A DNA stretch of 64,000 bases from Alphaproteobacteria bacterium. GTDB taxonomy: Bacteria > Pseudomonadota > Alphaproteobacteria > SHVW01. The stretch is taken from NCBI GenBank assembly GCA_009694085.1, contig SHVW01000001.1:8164-72163 (forward strand), written 5' to 3'. The notes beneath the pieces were generated by a model. It did not search any database. It was not told the origin of the DNA and saw only the letters and a program-made list of their open reading frames with translations. The position numbers were made by a program, and so were the translations under genes. Positions within the stretch are counted from its first letter, which is position 1, and every line of letters begins with the position of its first letter. Positions 1 to 8,725 of the stretch are shown in pieces.

Positions 1-228
1 GGCGGCGGCACGCGCGCGACATTCGCGCCGGTCAGGCCGGCCGCGGTGCCGGTCTTCAATCCCGATGCCATCGACGCCAATGGCGAGGGCATCGTGTCCC
101 GGCCCAATGTCGAACTGGAAAACGAAATCACGGATCAGATTCTATCCGTGCGGTCTTTCCAGGCTAATCTGAAAACCGTTCAGGCCGCTGACGAAATCAC
201 AAAATCCCTGCTCGATATCAAGAGCTAG
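1..228 (+). CDS. Flagellar basal-body rod protein (FlgB/FlgC-like), 3' partial. Reading frame is open from nt 1.
   Basis: C-terminal motif '...SRPNVELENEITDQILSVRSFQANLKTVQAADEI...' resembles the conserved Flg_bbr_C domain (xNVxLxxEMxxMIxxxRxYEANxKxIxxxDEM). Only the C-terminus is present. Confidence 0.45.
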   Translation, partial: GGGTRATFAPVRPAAVPVFNPDAIDANGEGIVSRPNVELENEITDQILSVRSFQANLKTVQAADEITKSLLDIKS

Positions 229-231
229 ATT

Positions 232-633
232 TCAGCCTGCTGCCCGCAACAGCGCTTGTACGATCGCAACCAGCGATCCCAGCAACATGAACGACGAGGT
301 CGCCAAACCGATCACGAATCCCGGCCCGCGCGCCTTAGGATCGGCAAGATAGCCGCGGGCATACATGACGCGGCCGACCAGCCAGAGCGATCCCAGTGCG
401 GCGGCCCAATCGACCGAGACGGTCAGAGCGAATAGCCACAGCGCGGGCAGGAAATAGACGAACTGCTCCAGCGTGTTTTGCTGAACGCGAAAGGCGCGCT
501 CGAAATCGGGGTGGCCCGTGATCGCGGGCGCGGCAACGCTGTGTTTGACGCGCATGCGGCCGACATTGTAGGTCAGGCCGATATAGAGCAGCAGGGCCAG
601 GCAGGTCATCAGGCTCGGCAATAGCGGGGGCAT
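232..633 (-). CDS. MAPEG-family membrane protein (microsomal glutathione S-transferase-like).
   Basis: 133 aa with about 4 TM helices and MAPEG-like motifs (FERAFRVQQNTLEQFVYFLPALW, GRVMYARGY). Last gene of the cox/suf operon. Confidence 0.55.
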   Translation of the reverse strand: MPPLLPSLMTCLALLLYIGLTYNVGRMRVKHSVAAPAITGHPDFERAFRVQQNTLEQFVYFLPALWLFALTVSVDWAAALGSLWLVGRVMYARGYLADPKARGPGFVIGLATSSFMLLGSLVAIVQALLRAAG

Positions 634-643
634 GATCGTTCTC

Positions 644-1069
644 CTAGTAGGCGGCGCGGTCGAGCGCGCGAATCAACGCTTCGAAGGGCAGCAGGACGCA
701 ATCGTGTCGGCTCTTGTGAGCGGCGACGGGCTGAAATGCGGTTAGCTCTGGCCAGCCATCGATCGGATCGACGGTGCACAATTTTAGCATGGCCTGGAGG
801 CCGGCGCGTACCTGGACGATCTCGCCGGCCGTGCGCCCCGGCGCCCGCGAACCGATCGCCGATGCAGCAGCCCGGCACAGCAGGCAACCGCGCACGTCGT
901 GAGCAAGCCGGGCGATGCGATTGTCCGTCAGCTCGACGTCCATGGTCACGCGGTCGCCGCACAGGGGGTTGTCGACGGTCTCGCACGCATCCGGGTGTTC
1001 CAGTTTCCCGGCGCCGGTTGCCGCTTTCGCCAGGGTGGTGATCGCCTGCTGATAAAGATCATCGCTCAT
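644..1069 (-). CDS. sufU: SufU/NifU-like Fe-S assembly / sulfur-acceptor protein.
   Basis: Conserved 'NPLCGDRVTMDVEL...GCLLCRAAASAI' three-Cys pattern of SufU/IscU-type scaffolds. Start overlaps the sufS stop. Confidence 0.6.
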   Translation of the reverse strand: MSDDLYQQAITTLAKAATGAGKLEHPDACETVDNPLCGDRVTMDVELTDNRIARLAHDVRGCLLCRAAASAIGSRAPGRTAGEIVQVRAGLQAMLKLCTVDPIDGWPELTAFQPVAAHKSRHDCVLLPFEALIRALDRAAY

Positions 1070-2298
1070 CGCAGACGCGCCGCCGCGTCGGCGAGCCCAG
1101 CGAGAAAGGCGTCCACATCGTCATCGCCATTGTATGGCGCCAGGCTGGCCCGGGTCGAACCGTTGACACCGAAACGGGCGTGCAGGGGCTGAGCGCAGTG
1201 ATGCCCGCCACGGCAGGCGACGTTGTGGGTGTCCAGAATCTGGGACACGTCGTGGGGGTGGGCACCGTCGAGTACCACGGAGACCACGCCCAGGCGGCCC
1301 TGCAAGCCCGTCGGACCGATCACATGCGCGCCGGTTATGGCGGACAAGCCGTCCAATATGCGTCCGGTCAGGCGCTTCTCATGCTCGGTCGCCGCCTGCC
1401 AATCAAGTCCTGCAATCCAATCGACGGCGGCGGCGAGACCGATAGCCGCGCCGATCGGCGGCGTGCCCGCCTCAAAGCGCCGGGGAGGAGTCGCATAGGT
1501 CGTTCTTTCCAACGTGACCTGCTCAATCATACCGCCGCCGCCGAGAAACGGCGGCAGGGCAGCCAACAGATCGGGCCGTCCCCAGAGCACGCCGATACCG
1601 TGGGGCGCGAACATCTTGTGGCCGGAGAAGGCGTAGAAATCGCATCCCAGGGCGAGCAAATCGAGCGGTCCGTGGGGGATGCGCTGAGCGCCATCCAGCA
1701 GCACGCGCGCGCCCATGGCGCGGGCCGCTGCCGCCACCGGTGCCGGATCGAGAACGGCGCCGGTCACGTTGGAGGCATGGGCGAGCGCGATCAACCGGCA
1801 CTTTTTGGTTACGACCCGATCGAGCGCGGTCAGATCGATCGTGCCTTCCGCGGTCACGGGCAAAGCCCTGAGCACGAGGCCGCGCCGCTGGGCCAACATC
1901 TGCCAGGGCACGATATTGCCGTGATGCTCCAATTCGGAGATCACGATCTCGTCGCCGGCGGAGAGCGTCTCACCCAGCGCGTGGGCGACCGTATTGATCG
2001 CGGCCGTGGTACCCGATGTGAAGACGATGCCATCGGGAGTTACGCCGAGATAGCGCGCAACCGCCGCGCGCGCGCCGTCATAGGCGTTGGTCGCGGCCTC
2101 GGCCAGGCGATGGACGCCGCGATGGACGTTGGCGCGCTGGGTTGTCTCGAAGCGGATGACGGCGTCGAGCACCGCTTGGGGCATTTGGGCCGATGCGGCA
2201 TTGTCGAGATAGTGGACGCGTTTTCCGTCCGGCCCTGTCGCTAGAATCGGAAATTGCGCGCGGATGGCGGCGGGATCGAAGCGAGCCATGGCATTCAC
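1066..2298 (-). CDS. sufS: Cysteine desulfurase, SufS/CsdA class (PLP-dependent aminotransferase class V).
   Basis: 410 aa. Motifs 'ISELEHHGNIVPWQ', 'FYAFSGHKMFAPHGIGVLWGR' (PLP-Lys) and C-terminal 'RGGHHCAQP' (active-site Cys loop). Confidence 0.8.
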   Translation of the reverse strand: MNAMARFDPAAIRAQFPILATGPDGKRVHYLDNAASAQMPQAVLDAVIRFETTQRANVHRGVHRLAEAATNAYDGARAAVARYLGVTPDGIVFTSGTTAAINTVAHALGETLSAGDEIVISELEHHGNIVPWQMLAQRRGLVLRALPVTAEGTIDLTALDRVVTKKCRLIALAHASNVTGAVLDPAPVAAAARAMGARVLLDGAQRIPHGPLDLLALGCDFYAFSGHKMFAPHGIGVLWGRPDLLAALPPFLGGGGMIEQVTLERTTYATPPRRFEAGTPPIGAAIGLAAAVDWIAGLDWQAATEHEKRLTGRILDGLSAITGAHVIGPTGLQGRLGVVSVVLDGAHPHDVSQILDTHNVACRGGHHCAQPLHARFGVNGSTRASLAPYNGDDDVDAFLAGLADAAARLR

Positions 2299-3968
2299 GC
2301 CTCGCGCGCCGCCGATTTGAGCGTCGCCAGCGCTTGGGGCGTGTCGACATCGACGAGCACGCCGTCATCGGCCATCTCGACATCGGCGACCAGTTCGCCA
2401 TGGGCGCCGATCAAGTGGCGTGCGCCGACATCGCCGGCAATCGCGCGCAGCTCGGGGAAGAAACGCTTGTCCCACAGCACGGGATTGCCGCGCTTGCCGC
2501 GATAGGTCGGCACGCAGATCGCCCGGCCTTCCACCGGATCGAAGGCGGCGATCAGCCGGTCGAGCACGGCCGAGCCGACGCGCGGCATGTCGCCGAGGCA
2601 AACGATCACGCCATCCGCCTCGTCGCCTAGCGCGGCCACACCGGCGGCAAGCGACGCGCTGAGGCCGGCGGCGTAGTCGGGGTTGTGGACGATGCGAACG
2701 GGCCGGTCGCCGGCTGCGTCACGCACGGCGCGTTCGACCTCGACCGCCATATGGCCGGTGACAACGATGGGCGCGGCGGCCTTGCTGGCGAGCGCGGTCT
2801 GAACGGCCCAGGCGACCATGGGCTGGCCATCCAGCTCGGCGAGCAACTTGTTGGCGCTGCCCATGCGCGAGGATTTTCCGGCGGCCAGGATCATCACGGC
2901 GATGCGCGGCGCGCGCGGCTTGAGCGCGGCGGCCCCAGCCCGCCCGGCCCCAGCCCGTCCAGCCTCGGCGCGCGGCAGCGGCCGGCTCGGGATTTCCTTG
3001 AGCAGGCCGCCTGTACCCATGAGCATGATGTCGCGGCGCGTCACGGCGATGCCGGCCAGCAGGCGTTGCAACACCCAGTCCAGCCCGTTGAGCTTGGGCG
3101 AGCGGCTGCATCCGGGCATGCCGATGATTTCCGTCGTGTCGCTGAGCCGGCCGATCAGCAGCAGGTTCCCCGGATCGACCGGCATGCCGAAATGCTCGAC
3201 CGTGCCGCCCGCGGCGGCGATGGCGGCGGGTAGCACGTCGCGCCGGTCGGTGACGGCAGAGGCGCCGAAGAGCAGAATCGGTGCGCAACCCTCGGCACGC
3301 AGTTCGACGATGGCATGGGCGACGGCGCCGGCATCGTGGTCGCAACGGATCTCGCGCTGGAGTTGGCTGCCCAGCGCCTCCAGCCGCGCGCGCGTGGCCT
3401 CGGCCGTGCTGTCGAGCACGCTCTCCTTCATGCCGGCTAGGCGCGTCTGCACCAGCCCGGCGGCGCGGGCCTGGAATGGCGCGATCCGAAGCAACGGCCC
3501 GCCCTCGCCGGCAATCGCCGCGCAGGCTTCGACGGCGCGCGTTGGCGCGGCAAACGGAATGATCTTGATCGTCGCCACCATTTGGTGCGGCTCGACCATG
3601 TCATAGGGCGCCAAGGTCGCGATGGTGATCGCCTCGTCCACCAGGTTGAAGCGGTCGATTCGGGCGCGGTCGAGCACCAGCACGCCGGCCGTCTCGGCAA
3701 ACAAATTGGACCGGCCGGTGAAGGCAGCGCTGCGGGTCAGGTGTTGGCCGCAGGCGGATTGGGCCAACCGATTGGCCGCCGCATCTTCGCCCACTTCGTC
3801 CGGCTCCAGCCGGGCCGCTGCCACGCGGGCGATGCCGGCGACACGGAGTGCTGCGATGTCGGCTGCGCTCAACACGCGCCCCTTCTTGAAGGTCTTGCCC
3901 GCGAGCTTGACGCTATGGGCGAGGATGGCGCCCTCGGCCCGTTCCAGCGGTAGGTCGCCGAAGATCAC
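2295..3968 (-). CDS. Two-domain fusion: N-terminal MoeA-like molybdopterin-binding domain plus C-terminal MocA/MobA-like nucleotidyltransferase (Mo-cofactor cytidylyl/guanylyl transferase).
   Basis: C-terminal 'MILAAGKSSRMGSANKLL...VCLGDMPRV' is the MobA/MocA NTP-transferase signature. The N-terminal ~330 aa have MoeA/MoCF-biosynthesis-like Gly-rich segments. Overlaps neighbours by 4 nt on both sides. Confidence 0.55.
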   Translation of the reverse strand: MIFGDLPLERAEGAILAHSVKLAGKTFKKGRVLSAADIAALRVAGIARVAAARLEPDEVGEDAAANRLAQSACGQHLTRSAAFTGRSNLFAETAGVLVLDRARIDRFNLVDEAITIATLAPYDMVEPHQMVATIKIIPFAAPTRAVEACAAIAGEGGPLLRIAPFQARAAGLVQTRLAGMKESVLDSTAEATRARLEALGSQLQREIRCDHDAGAVAHAIVELRAEGCAPILLFGASAVTDRRDVLPAAIAAAGGTVEHFGMPVDPGNLLLIGRLSDTTEIIGMPGCSRSPKLNGLDWVLQRLLAGIAVTRRDIMLMGTGGLLKEIPSRPLPRAEAGRAGAGRAGAAALKPRAPRIAVMILAAGKSSRMGSANKLLAELDGQPMVAWAVQTALASKAAAPIVVTGHMAVEVERAVRDAAGDRPVRIVHNPDYAAGLSASLAAGVAALGDEADGVIVCLGDMPRVGSAVLDRLIAAFDPVEGRAICVPTYRGKRGNPVLWDKRFFPELRAIAGDVGARHLIGAHGELVADVEMADDGVLVDVDTPQALATLKSAAREA

Positions 3969-4663
3969 GACGCGGCCTCTGCGCGACCGCGCCGCGCCTG
4001 GGTGATCTGGGCCATGATCGAAACAGCGATCTCGGCTGGCGACGCCGCGCCGATGGCGAGCCCGACGGGCCCATGGATGCGGGCGATCTGGGCGTCCGTC
4101 GCGCCGGCCTCCTTGAGACGGCCAAGACGGGCGGCGTGGGTCTTGCGGCTGCCCAGCGCGCCGATATAGAAGGCGTCCGACGCGAGCGCCGCCGCGAGCG
4201 CGGGATCGTCGAGCTTAGGATCGTGGGTCAGGGTGACGACCGCCGTGCGGCTGTCCGGTTTCAGGCGCGCCATGGCCTCGTCGGGCCATTCCGTGGAGAG
4301 ATCGAGATCGGGAAAGCGGGCATCGCTGGCAAAGGCGCGGCGCGGGTCGACCACGCTGACCGCATAGCCCGCGAGCGCCGCCATGGGGGCCAGCGCTTGG
4401 GCGATATGCACGGCGCCGACCAGGATCAGGCGAACCGGCGGGGTGAAGACCTGGATGAATAATCGGCCTTCTGGCGCGTCGAGGGTGCCACTGCGATCGT
4501 CTTGGATCGCGCGGCCAACGGCCGCTTTGATGTCGTCAGATAGCGAGGTCGCGGCATCGGGATAGACGATGGTCTGTGCACCCGTGGCCAAATCGGTCAC
4601 CAACGCCATGGCGCGCTTGGCGGCGCGCGCCTGCAACAATTCGTCGAGGACAGTGCGCTTCAT
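3965..4663 (-). CDS. xdhC: XdhC/CoxF-family molybdenum-cofactor insertion chaperone (full length, with Rossmann-like C-domain).
   Basis: 232 aa. 'RLILVGAVHIAQALAPMAALAGYAVSVVDPR' Rossmann motif and 'YIGALGSRKTHAARL' are typical of XdhC_C. Confidence 0.7.
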   Translation of the reverse strand: MKRTVLDELLQARAAKRAMALVTDLATGAQTIVYPDAATSLSDDIKAAVGRAIQDDRSGTLDAPEGRLFIQVFTPPVRLILVGAVHIAQALAPMAALAGYAVSVVDPRRAFASDARFPDLDLSTEWPDEAMARLKPDSRTAVVTLTHDPKLDDPALAAALASDAFYIGALGSRKTHAARLGRLKEAGATDAQIARIHGPVGLAIGAASPAEIAVSIMAQITQARRGRAEAAS

Positions 4664-4998
4664 TCCACGCGCTCGACCATGACCCGGACCTTGCCGCCGC
4701 AGGCGAGCCCGACTTCCCAGGCCTGTTCGTTGCTGACGCCGAAATCGAGCAGACGGATGCGGCCGTCGCGGATCGCCTCCAGGCCTTCGCGGATCACCGC
4801 GCCCTCGATGCAGCCGCCGCTGACCGAACCGACGAAGGCGCCGCTATCGTCGATGGCGATCTGGCTGCCGGCGGGCCGGGGCGAGGAGCCCCAGGTCGAT
4901 ACCACCGTGGCCAGAGCCACGCCCTTGCCGGACGCGCGCCAGCTCCGGGCGCGGGCGAGTACGTCGTCGCTGCTGGCGTGCAAGCCTGTGTCCGTCAT
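4660..4998 (-). CDS. Stand-alone XdhC/CoxI N-terminal domain protein.
   Basis: 112 aa. 'GKGVALATVVSTWGSSPRPAGSQIAIDDSGAFVGSVSGGCIE' matches the XdhC_CoxI N-domain. The Rossmann half is absent. Confidence 0.6.
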   Translation of the reverse strand: MTDTGLHASSDDVLARARSWRASGKGVALATVVSTWGSSPRPAGSQIAIDDSGAFVGSVSGGCIEGAVIREGLEAIRDGRIRLLDFGVSNEQAWEVGLACGGKVRVMVERVE

Positions 4999-6179
4999 AC
5001 CGCCTCCTTTATCCCGCCGGTCCAGCTCGATGCCGCTTCCTCGCGCCTCGCACCGGGGCGCTCCAGGGCGGCGGCGAGTTGGGACAGGCTCTCCAGATTG
5101 TGAACGGTCCGGAAATCGTCCACATGGGGCAGGATCGCCTTGATCCCCAGAGATTTGGGCTCGAACCCTTCAAAACGCAACAGGGGGTTAAGCCAGATCA
5201 GGCGCCGGCAGGATTTGTGCAGGCGTTCCATGGCCTGGGCCAGCCCATCGCCGGCATCGCGATCGAGCCCGTCGGAGATCAGCAGGACGATGGCGCCCTG
5301 GGCCAGCACCCGGCGCGACCAGCGGCGATTGAATTCGTCGATGCAATGGCCGATGCGGGTGCCGCCGGACCAATCCTCGACCACGTCGGCGACCCGGTCG
5401 AGCGCCTCGTCCACGTCGCGCCGGCGCAGGTGACGCGTGATGTGGGTCAACCGTGTGCCGAACAGGAAGGTGAACACGCGGTCGCGGTCATTGGTCACGG
5501 CATGGAGGAAATGCAGCAGCATGCGCGAATAGCGCCCCATGGAGCCGGAAATGTCGCACAGCGCCACCAGCGGCGGCGGCCGCGTGCGCCGACGCCGGCG
5601 CTTGAGGTCGATGATGTCGGCGCCGCCGCGCAGCGCCGCCCGAAGTGTCGCCCGCATGTCGGCGCGGGGGCCGTGGGGATCGGGGCGGAAGCGCCGGGTC
5701 GGCACGAGCTGGATCGGCAGGCGCAGTCGCCGGAGCGCGCGCTTGGCCTCGGCCAGCTCGGCATTCGACATTTTGTCGAAATCCATGGTCTGCAAGACTT
5801 CGCGGTTGGACCAGGTCATGGTGGTGTCCACCACCATTTCGTCCTGGCGTTCATGCGGCGTCTTGCTGTCGGCGCCCTGCTGCATGGCCTCGGCCACGCG
5901 CCGGTTGAGTTCAGGTGCGTTCTCCTCGGTTGCGCCGCGGAATTCCGGCAGCATCATCGCCATCATGCGTTCCATGATGCGCGGATTGCGCCAGAACAGG
6001 TGAAAGGCCTGGTCAAACAAATCGCGCTGGTCGCGCCGGTTGATGAGTGCGGCATGAAGCGCCCAGTAGAAATCGTCGCGCCGCGCCAAGCCCACGGTCT
6101 CGACCGCCCGGATCGCCTCGATCACGCGCCCGGGACCCACGGGCAGGCCGGCCGCGCGTAGCACGCGGCCGAAATGCAT
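4995..6179 (-). CDS. coxE: CoxE-like von Willebrand factor A (VWA) domain protein.
   Basis: 'LVALCDISGSMGRYSRMLLHFLHAV' is the MIDAS DxSGS motif of CoxE/VWA. The track ORF extends to 6251, but the alternative start near 6179 avoids overlap with the upstream gene. Confidence 0.7.
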   Translation of the reverse strand: MHFGRVLRAAGLPVGPGRVIEAIRAVETVGLARRDDFYWALHAALINRRDQRDLFDQAFHLFWRNPRIMERMMAMMLPEFRGATEENAPELNRRVAEAMQQGADSKTPHERQDEMVVDTTMTWSNREVLQTMDFDKMSNAELAEAKRALRRLRLPIQLVPTRRFRPDPHGPRADMRATLRAALRGGADIIDLKRRRRRTRPPPLVALCDISGSMGRYSRMLLHFLHAVTNDRDRVFTFLFGTRLTHITRHLRRRDVDEALDRVADVVEDWSGGTRIGHCIDEFNRRWSRRVLAQGAIVLLISDGLDRDAGDGLAQAMERLHKSCRRLIWLNPLLRFEGFEPKSLGIKAILPHVDDFRTVHNLESLSQLAAALERPGARREEAASSWTGGIKEAV

Positions 6180-6222
6180 GATATTGGCGGCGAGGCGGCC
6201 GCCGGTGGCGGAGATGGGCCGG

Positions 6223-6600
6223 TCAGCCCCGGAGTTTGGCCAGCCGGTCACGGAGGTTTCTTAGATAGGCGCGATCGGCCGCGGTGAAATTGCCTTCGGC
6301 GATATCGGCCTTGAGGTCGGTCAGTATCTCGCGCGTGTCGGCGTTAAGGTCGTCGCCGGCGAGCAGGTGATCGATGAGCGCGGCATCGTCGGCCGCTTCC
6401 CCGGGCGGCAGCGGGTGTGCCGGCGCGGGCGCATCGTCGTCGGCTTGACCGGGCGGCGGGCTGAGCAACGAATCCCAGCCGGTGCCGGAGGCCTTGACCC
6501 GGCGGTCGACCTCGCGCGCGGCGGCGAGGGCGTCGGCGTCATTGGCGTCGCCGAGCTGATTCAGCAGGCGGATGAAATCGTCGCGATTGAGATGGGGCAT
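6223..6600 (-). CDS. Small acidic hypothetical protein inside the cox maturation operon.
   Basis: 125-aa ORF with hydrophilic (not Arg-rich) composition. It is in-operon and overlaps coxD by a few nt. No recognisable family. Confidence 0.35.
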   Translation of the reverse strand: MPHLNRDDFIRLLNQLGDANDADALAAAREVDRRVKASGTGWDSLLSPPPGQADDDAPAPAHPLPPGEAADDAALIDHLLAGDDLNADTREILTDLKADIAEGNFTAADRAYLRNLRDRLAKLRG

Positions 6601-6620
6601 GGGTCGTTCTTCTATCCGGT

Positions 6621-7580
6621 CTAGATTGCTTGGAGTTGGGCGATCTCGGCCTTGACCTGGTCGAGCAGGCGGTTGGCCTCGCTGCCCTGGAGCTTGGCGA
6701 TGTCGTCCTGGTATTTGAGCAGCACGCCGAGCGTGTTGTTGATGGTCTCGGGGTCGAGCGACAGGCGGTCGAGTTGGACTAGCGCCTGGGTCCAGTCGAT
6801 GGTCTCGGCCACGCCGGGCAGCTTGAACAAATCCATGCCGCGCAGCTTCTGCACGAAGGAGACGACCTGCTGGCTGAGGCGCGCGTCGGCGCCGGGCGCC
6901 TTGAGGCGGAGGATCTCCAGTTCGCGTTTGGCGTCGGGGTAATCGACCCAGTAGTAAAAGCAGCGGCGCTTCAGCGCGTCGTGAATCTCGCGGGTCCGGT
7001 TGGAGGTGACGATCACGATTGGCGGCTCGGCCGCCGCGACCGTGCCGATCTCGGGAATCGTGATCTGCCAGTCCGACAGGATTTCCAGCAGATAGGCCTC
7101 GAACGGCTCGTCCGTGCGGTCCAGCTCGTCGATCAGCAGCACGGGGGCGCCGGCCGGATCGGGTTTCAAGGCCTGGAGCAGCGGGCGCTCGATCAGGAAA
7201 CGTTCGGCGAAGACATCGGCGCCGAGCTTGGTACGATCGGCGCTCTTGTCCGCCGCCTCGGCAAGCCTAATCTCGATCATCTGGCGCGCGTAGTTCCACT
7301 CATAGACCGCCGAGGCGACGTCGAGGCCCTCATAGCATTGCAGCCGGATCAGACGGCGCCCGAGCGTGGCGGCCAGCACCTTGGCGATCTCGGTCTTGCC
7401 GACCCCGGCCTCGCCCTCCAGGAACAGCGGGCGCTTCAGGCTGAGCGCCAGATAGAGCGCGGTCGCCAGGCTGCGGTCGGCGACATAGGCGCCCGATTTG
7501 AGCAGCTCGACCGTCTCGTCGACAGAAACCGGGACGGCGTGCGCGCGGGGCTTGGCGGGCAGGGTAGCGGCGGCGGTCAT
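6621..7580 (-). CDS. coxD: MoxR-family AAA+ ATPase CoxD.
   Basis: Walker A 'LEGEAGVGKTEIAK', Walker B 'VLLIDELDR', and the MoxR arrangement. Confidence 0.8.
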   Translation of the reverse strand: MTAAATLPAKPRAHAVPVSVDETVELLKSGAYVADRSLATALYLALSLKRPLFLEGEAGVGKTEIAKVLAATLGRRLIRLQCYEGLDVASAVYEWNYARQMIEIRLAEAADKSADRTKLGADVFAERFLIERPLLQALKPDPAGAPVLLIDELDRTDEPFEAYLLEILSDWQITIPEIGTVAAAEPPIVIVTSNRTREIHDALKRRCFYYWVDYPDAKRELEILRLKAPGADARLSQQVVSFVQKLRGMDLFKLPGVAETIDWTQALVQLDRLSLDPETINNTLGVLLKYQDDIAKLQGSEANRLLDQVKAEIAQLQAI

Positions 7581-7626
7581 GATCTAGGGGCGGGCCTTCC
7601 GGGTTCGGCAGGGCCCGACAATAGTT

Positions 7627-7655
7627 AAAAAACCGGCTGAGGGAAACCCCGGTTT
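7627..7655 (-). terminator. Rho-independent terminator downstream of the dipeptidase/SBP unit.
   Basis: Hairpin AAACCGG-(12 nt)-CCGGTTT. On the minus strand it is followed by a T6 run (the A6 run at ~7627-7632 on the plus strand). Confidence 0.5.
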
Positions 7656-7683
7656 GGCAATGTGTGCGCCGCCGGGGCTCGGT

Positions 7684-8718
7684 TCAGCCGCAGGCCGATT
7701 TGAAGTTGCGGAACCAATTGCCGCCCATGATGGCGGCGGCGGCGTCGCGGCTGTAGCCCCGGTCGAACAGGCCCTGGGTGAAATTCGGCAGGAGGCGAAT
7801 GGTATCGAGGCCCCTGGGGTAACTGACCGTAAAAAACTCCTCCGGCGTGCCGAAGATATCGGGGCGCAGCCGTCGCCATTTCGGCACCTCGTGCTTGACC
7901 CCGCTCTTTCGGAACGCCTCTTGATAACCCTCGGTCAGATCAAGCCCGATGCCAACATGACGCGGGCCGACCAGTTTCACGAAATGGTCGAGATGATCGA
8001 GCATATGGCCGATGGTGGCACCTTTCGGCCAGACCGATTTGGTCAGGCCGCACACGCCAATAGCGCCACCCTTGCGCGCCATGGCGATGATCGTTTCGTC
8101 CTTGGTGTTGCGGTCGTTCGGATTGACCGTGTAGGCGTTGGAATGGGTGCACACCGGGTGCTTGGCGAGCTGGGTCGCTTCAGCGCGCGTGCGGTGGCCG
8201 CAATGGGACAGGTCGAGCAGCATGGGCAGGCCGTTGACCACCTCGATCAGCTCGCGGCCGAGGAAGCTGACACCTGCATCGCGGGTTTCGCCGCAGCCAT
8301 CGGCGAAGAGATTGGCGCCGGTATAGGCCAGGCCGAAATAGCGGATGCCCAGGCGGTGCAGCAGTTCAACCCGCCACAGGGAGGTCTCGATCATGGAGGC
8401 GCCTTGGGTGCCGAGGATGATCGCGACCTTGCCGGCCTTCTTTGCCTTGACGATGTCGGCAGCGCACGTCGCCTGGACCAGCACCGGGCTTGCCTCGATC
8501 TTCTCCGCCGCCGCCTCGACCAGGCGCAGCACCTGATCCCAAGAATCGGACTCGTCCGTGATGGTCAGGTTGGTGGCGTTGACCCCGGCCTCCAGAACGC
8601 GCGTGGCATAGGGCTCGTCCAGGATGTAGTCGAGCGACAGACAGTCGAACACCAGGGTGTCCCAATGGAAGGCCAGGGTCTCGGCGCCGGCCCTCAGTCC
8701 GGTCGATCGCTTTACCAT
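7684..8718 (-). CDS. Membrane dipeptidase (peptidase family M19, renal dipeptidase-like).
   Basis: Start taken at 'MVKRSTG...'. Motifs 'HWDTLVFD', 'LDLSHCG' and 'HSNAY' are typical of M19 Zn dipeptidases. Confidence 0.75.
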   Translation of the reverse strand: MVKRSTGLRAGAETLAFHWDTLVFDCLSLDYILDEPYATRVLEAGVNATNLTITDESDSWDQVLRLVEAAAEKIEASPVLVQATCAADIVKAKKAGKVAIILGTQGASMIETSLWRVELLHRLGIRYFGLAYTGANLFADGCGETRDAGVSFLGRELIEVVNGLPMLLDLSHCGHRTRAEATQLAKHPVCTHSNAYTVNPNDRNTKDETIIAMARKGGAIGVCGLTKSVWPKGATIGHMLDHLDHFVKLVGPRHVGIGLDLTEGYQEAFRKSGVKHEVPKWRRLRPDIFGTPEEFFTVSYPRGLDTIRLLPNFTQGLFDRGYSRDAAAAIMGGNWFRNFKSACG

Positions 8719-8725
8719 GTCGGGC

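Noticed and set aside
609-986. 125-aa minus-strand ORF overlapping sufU.
   Set aside because: Arg-rich shadow ORF. sufU in the other frame carries the conserved Cys motifs.
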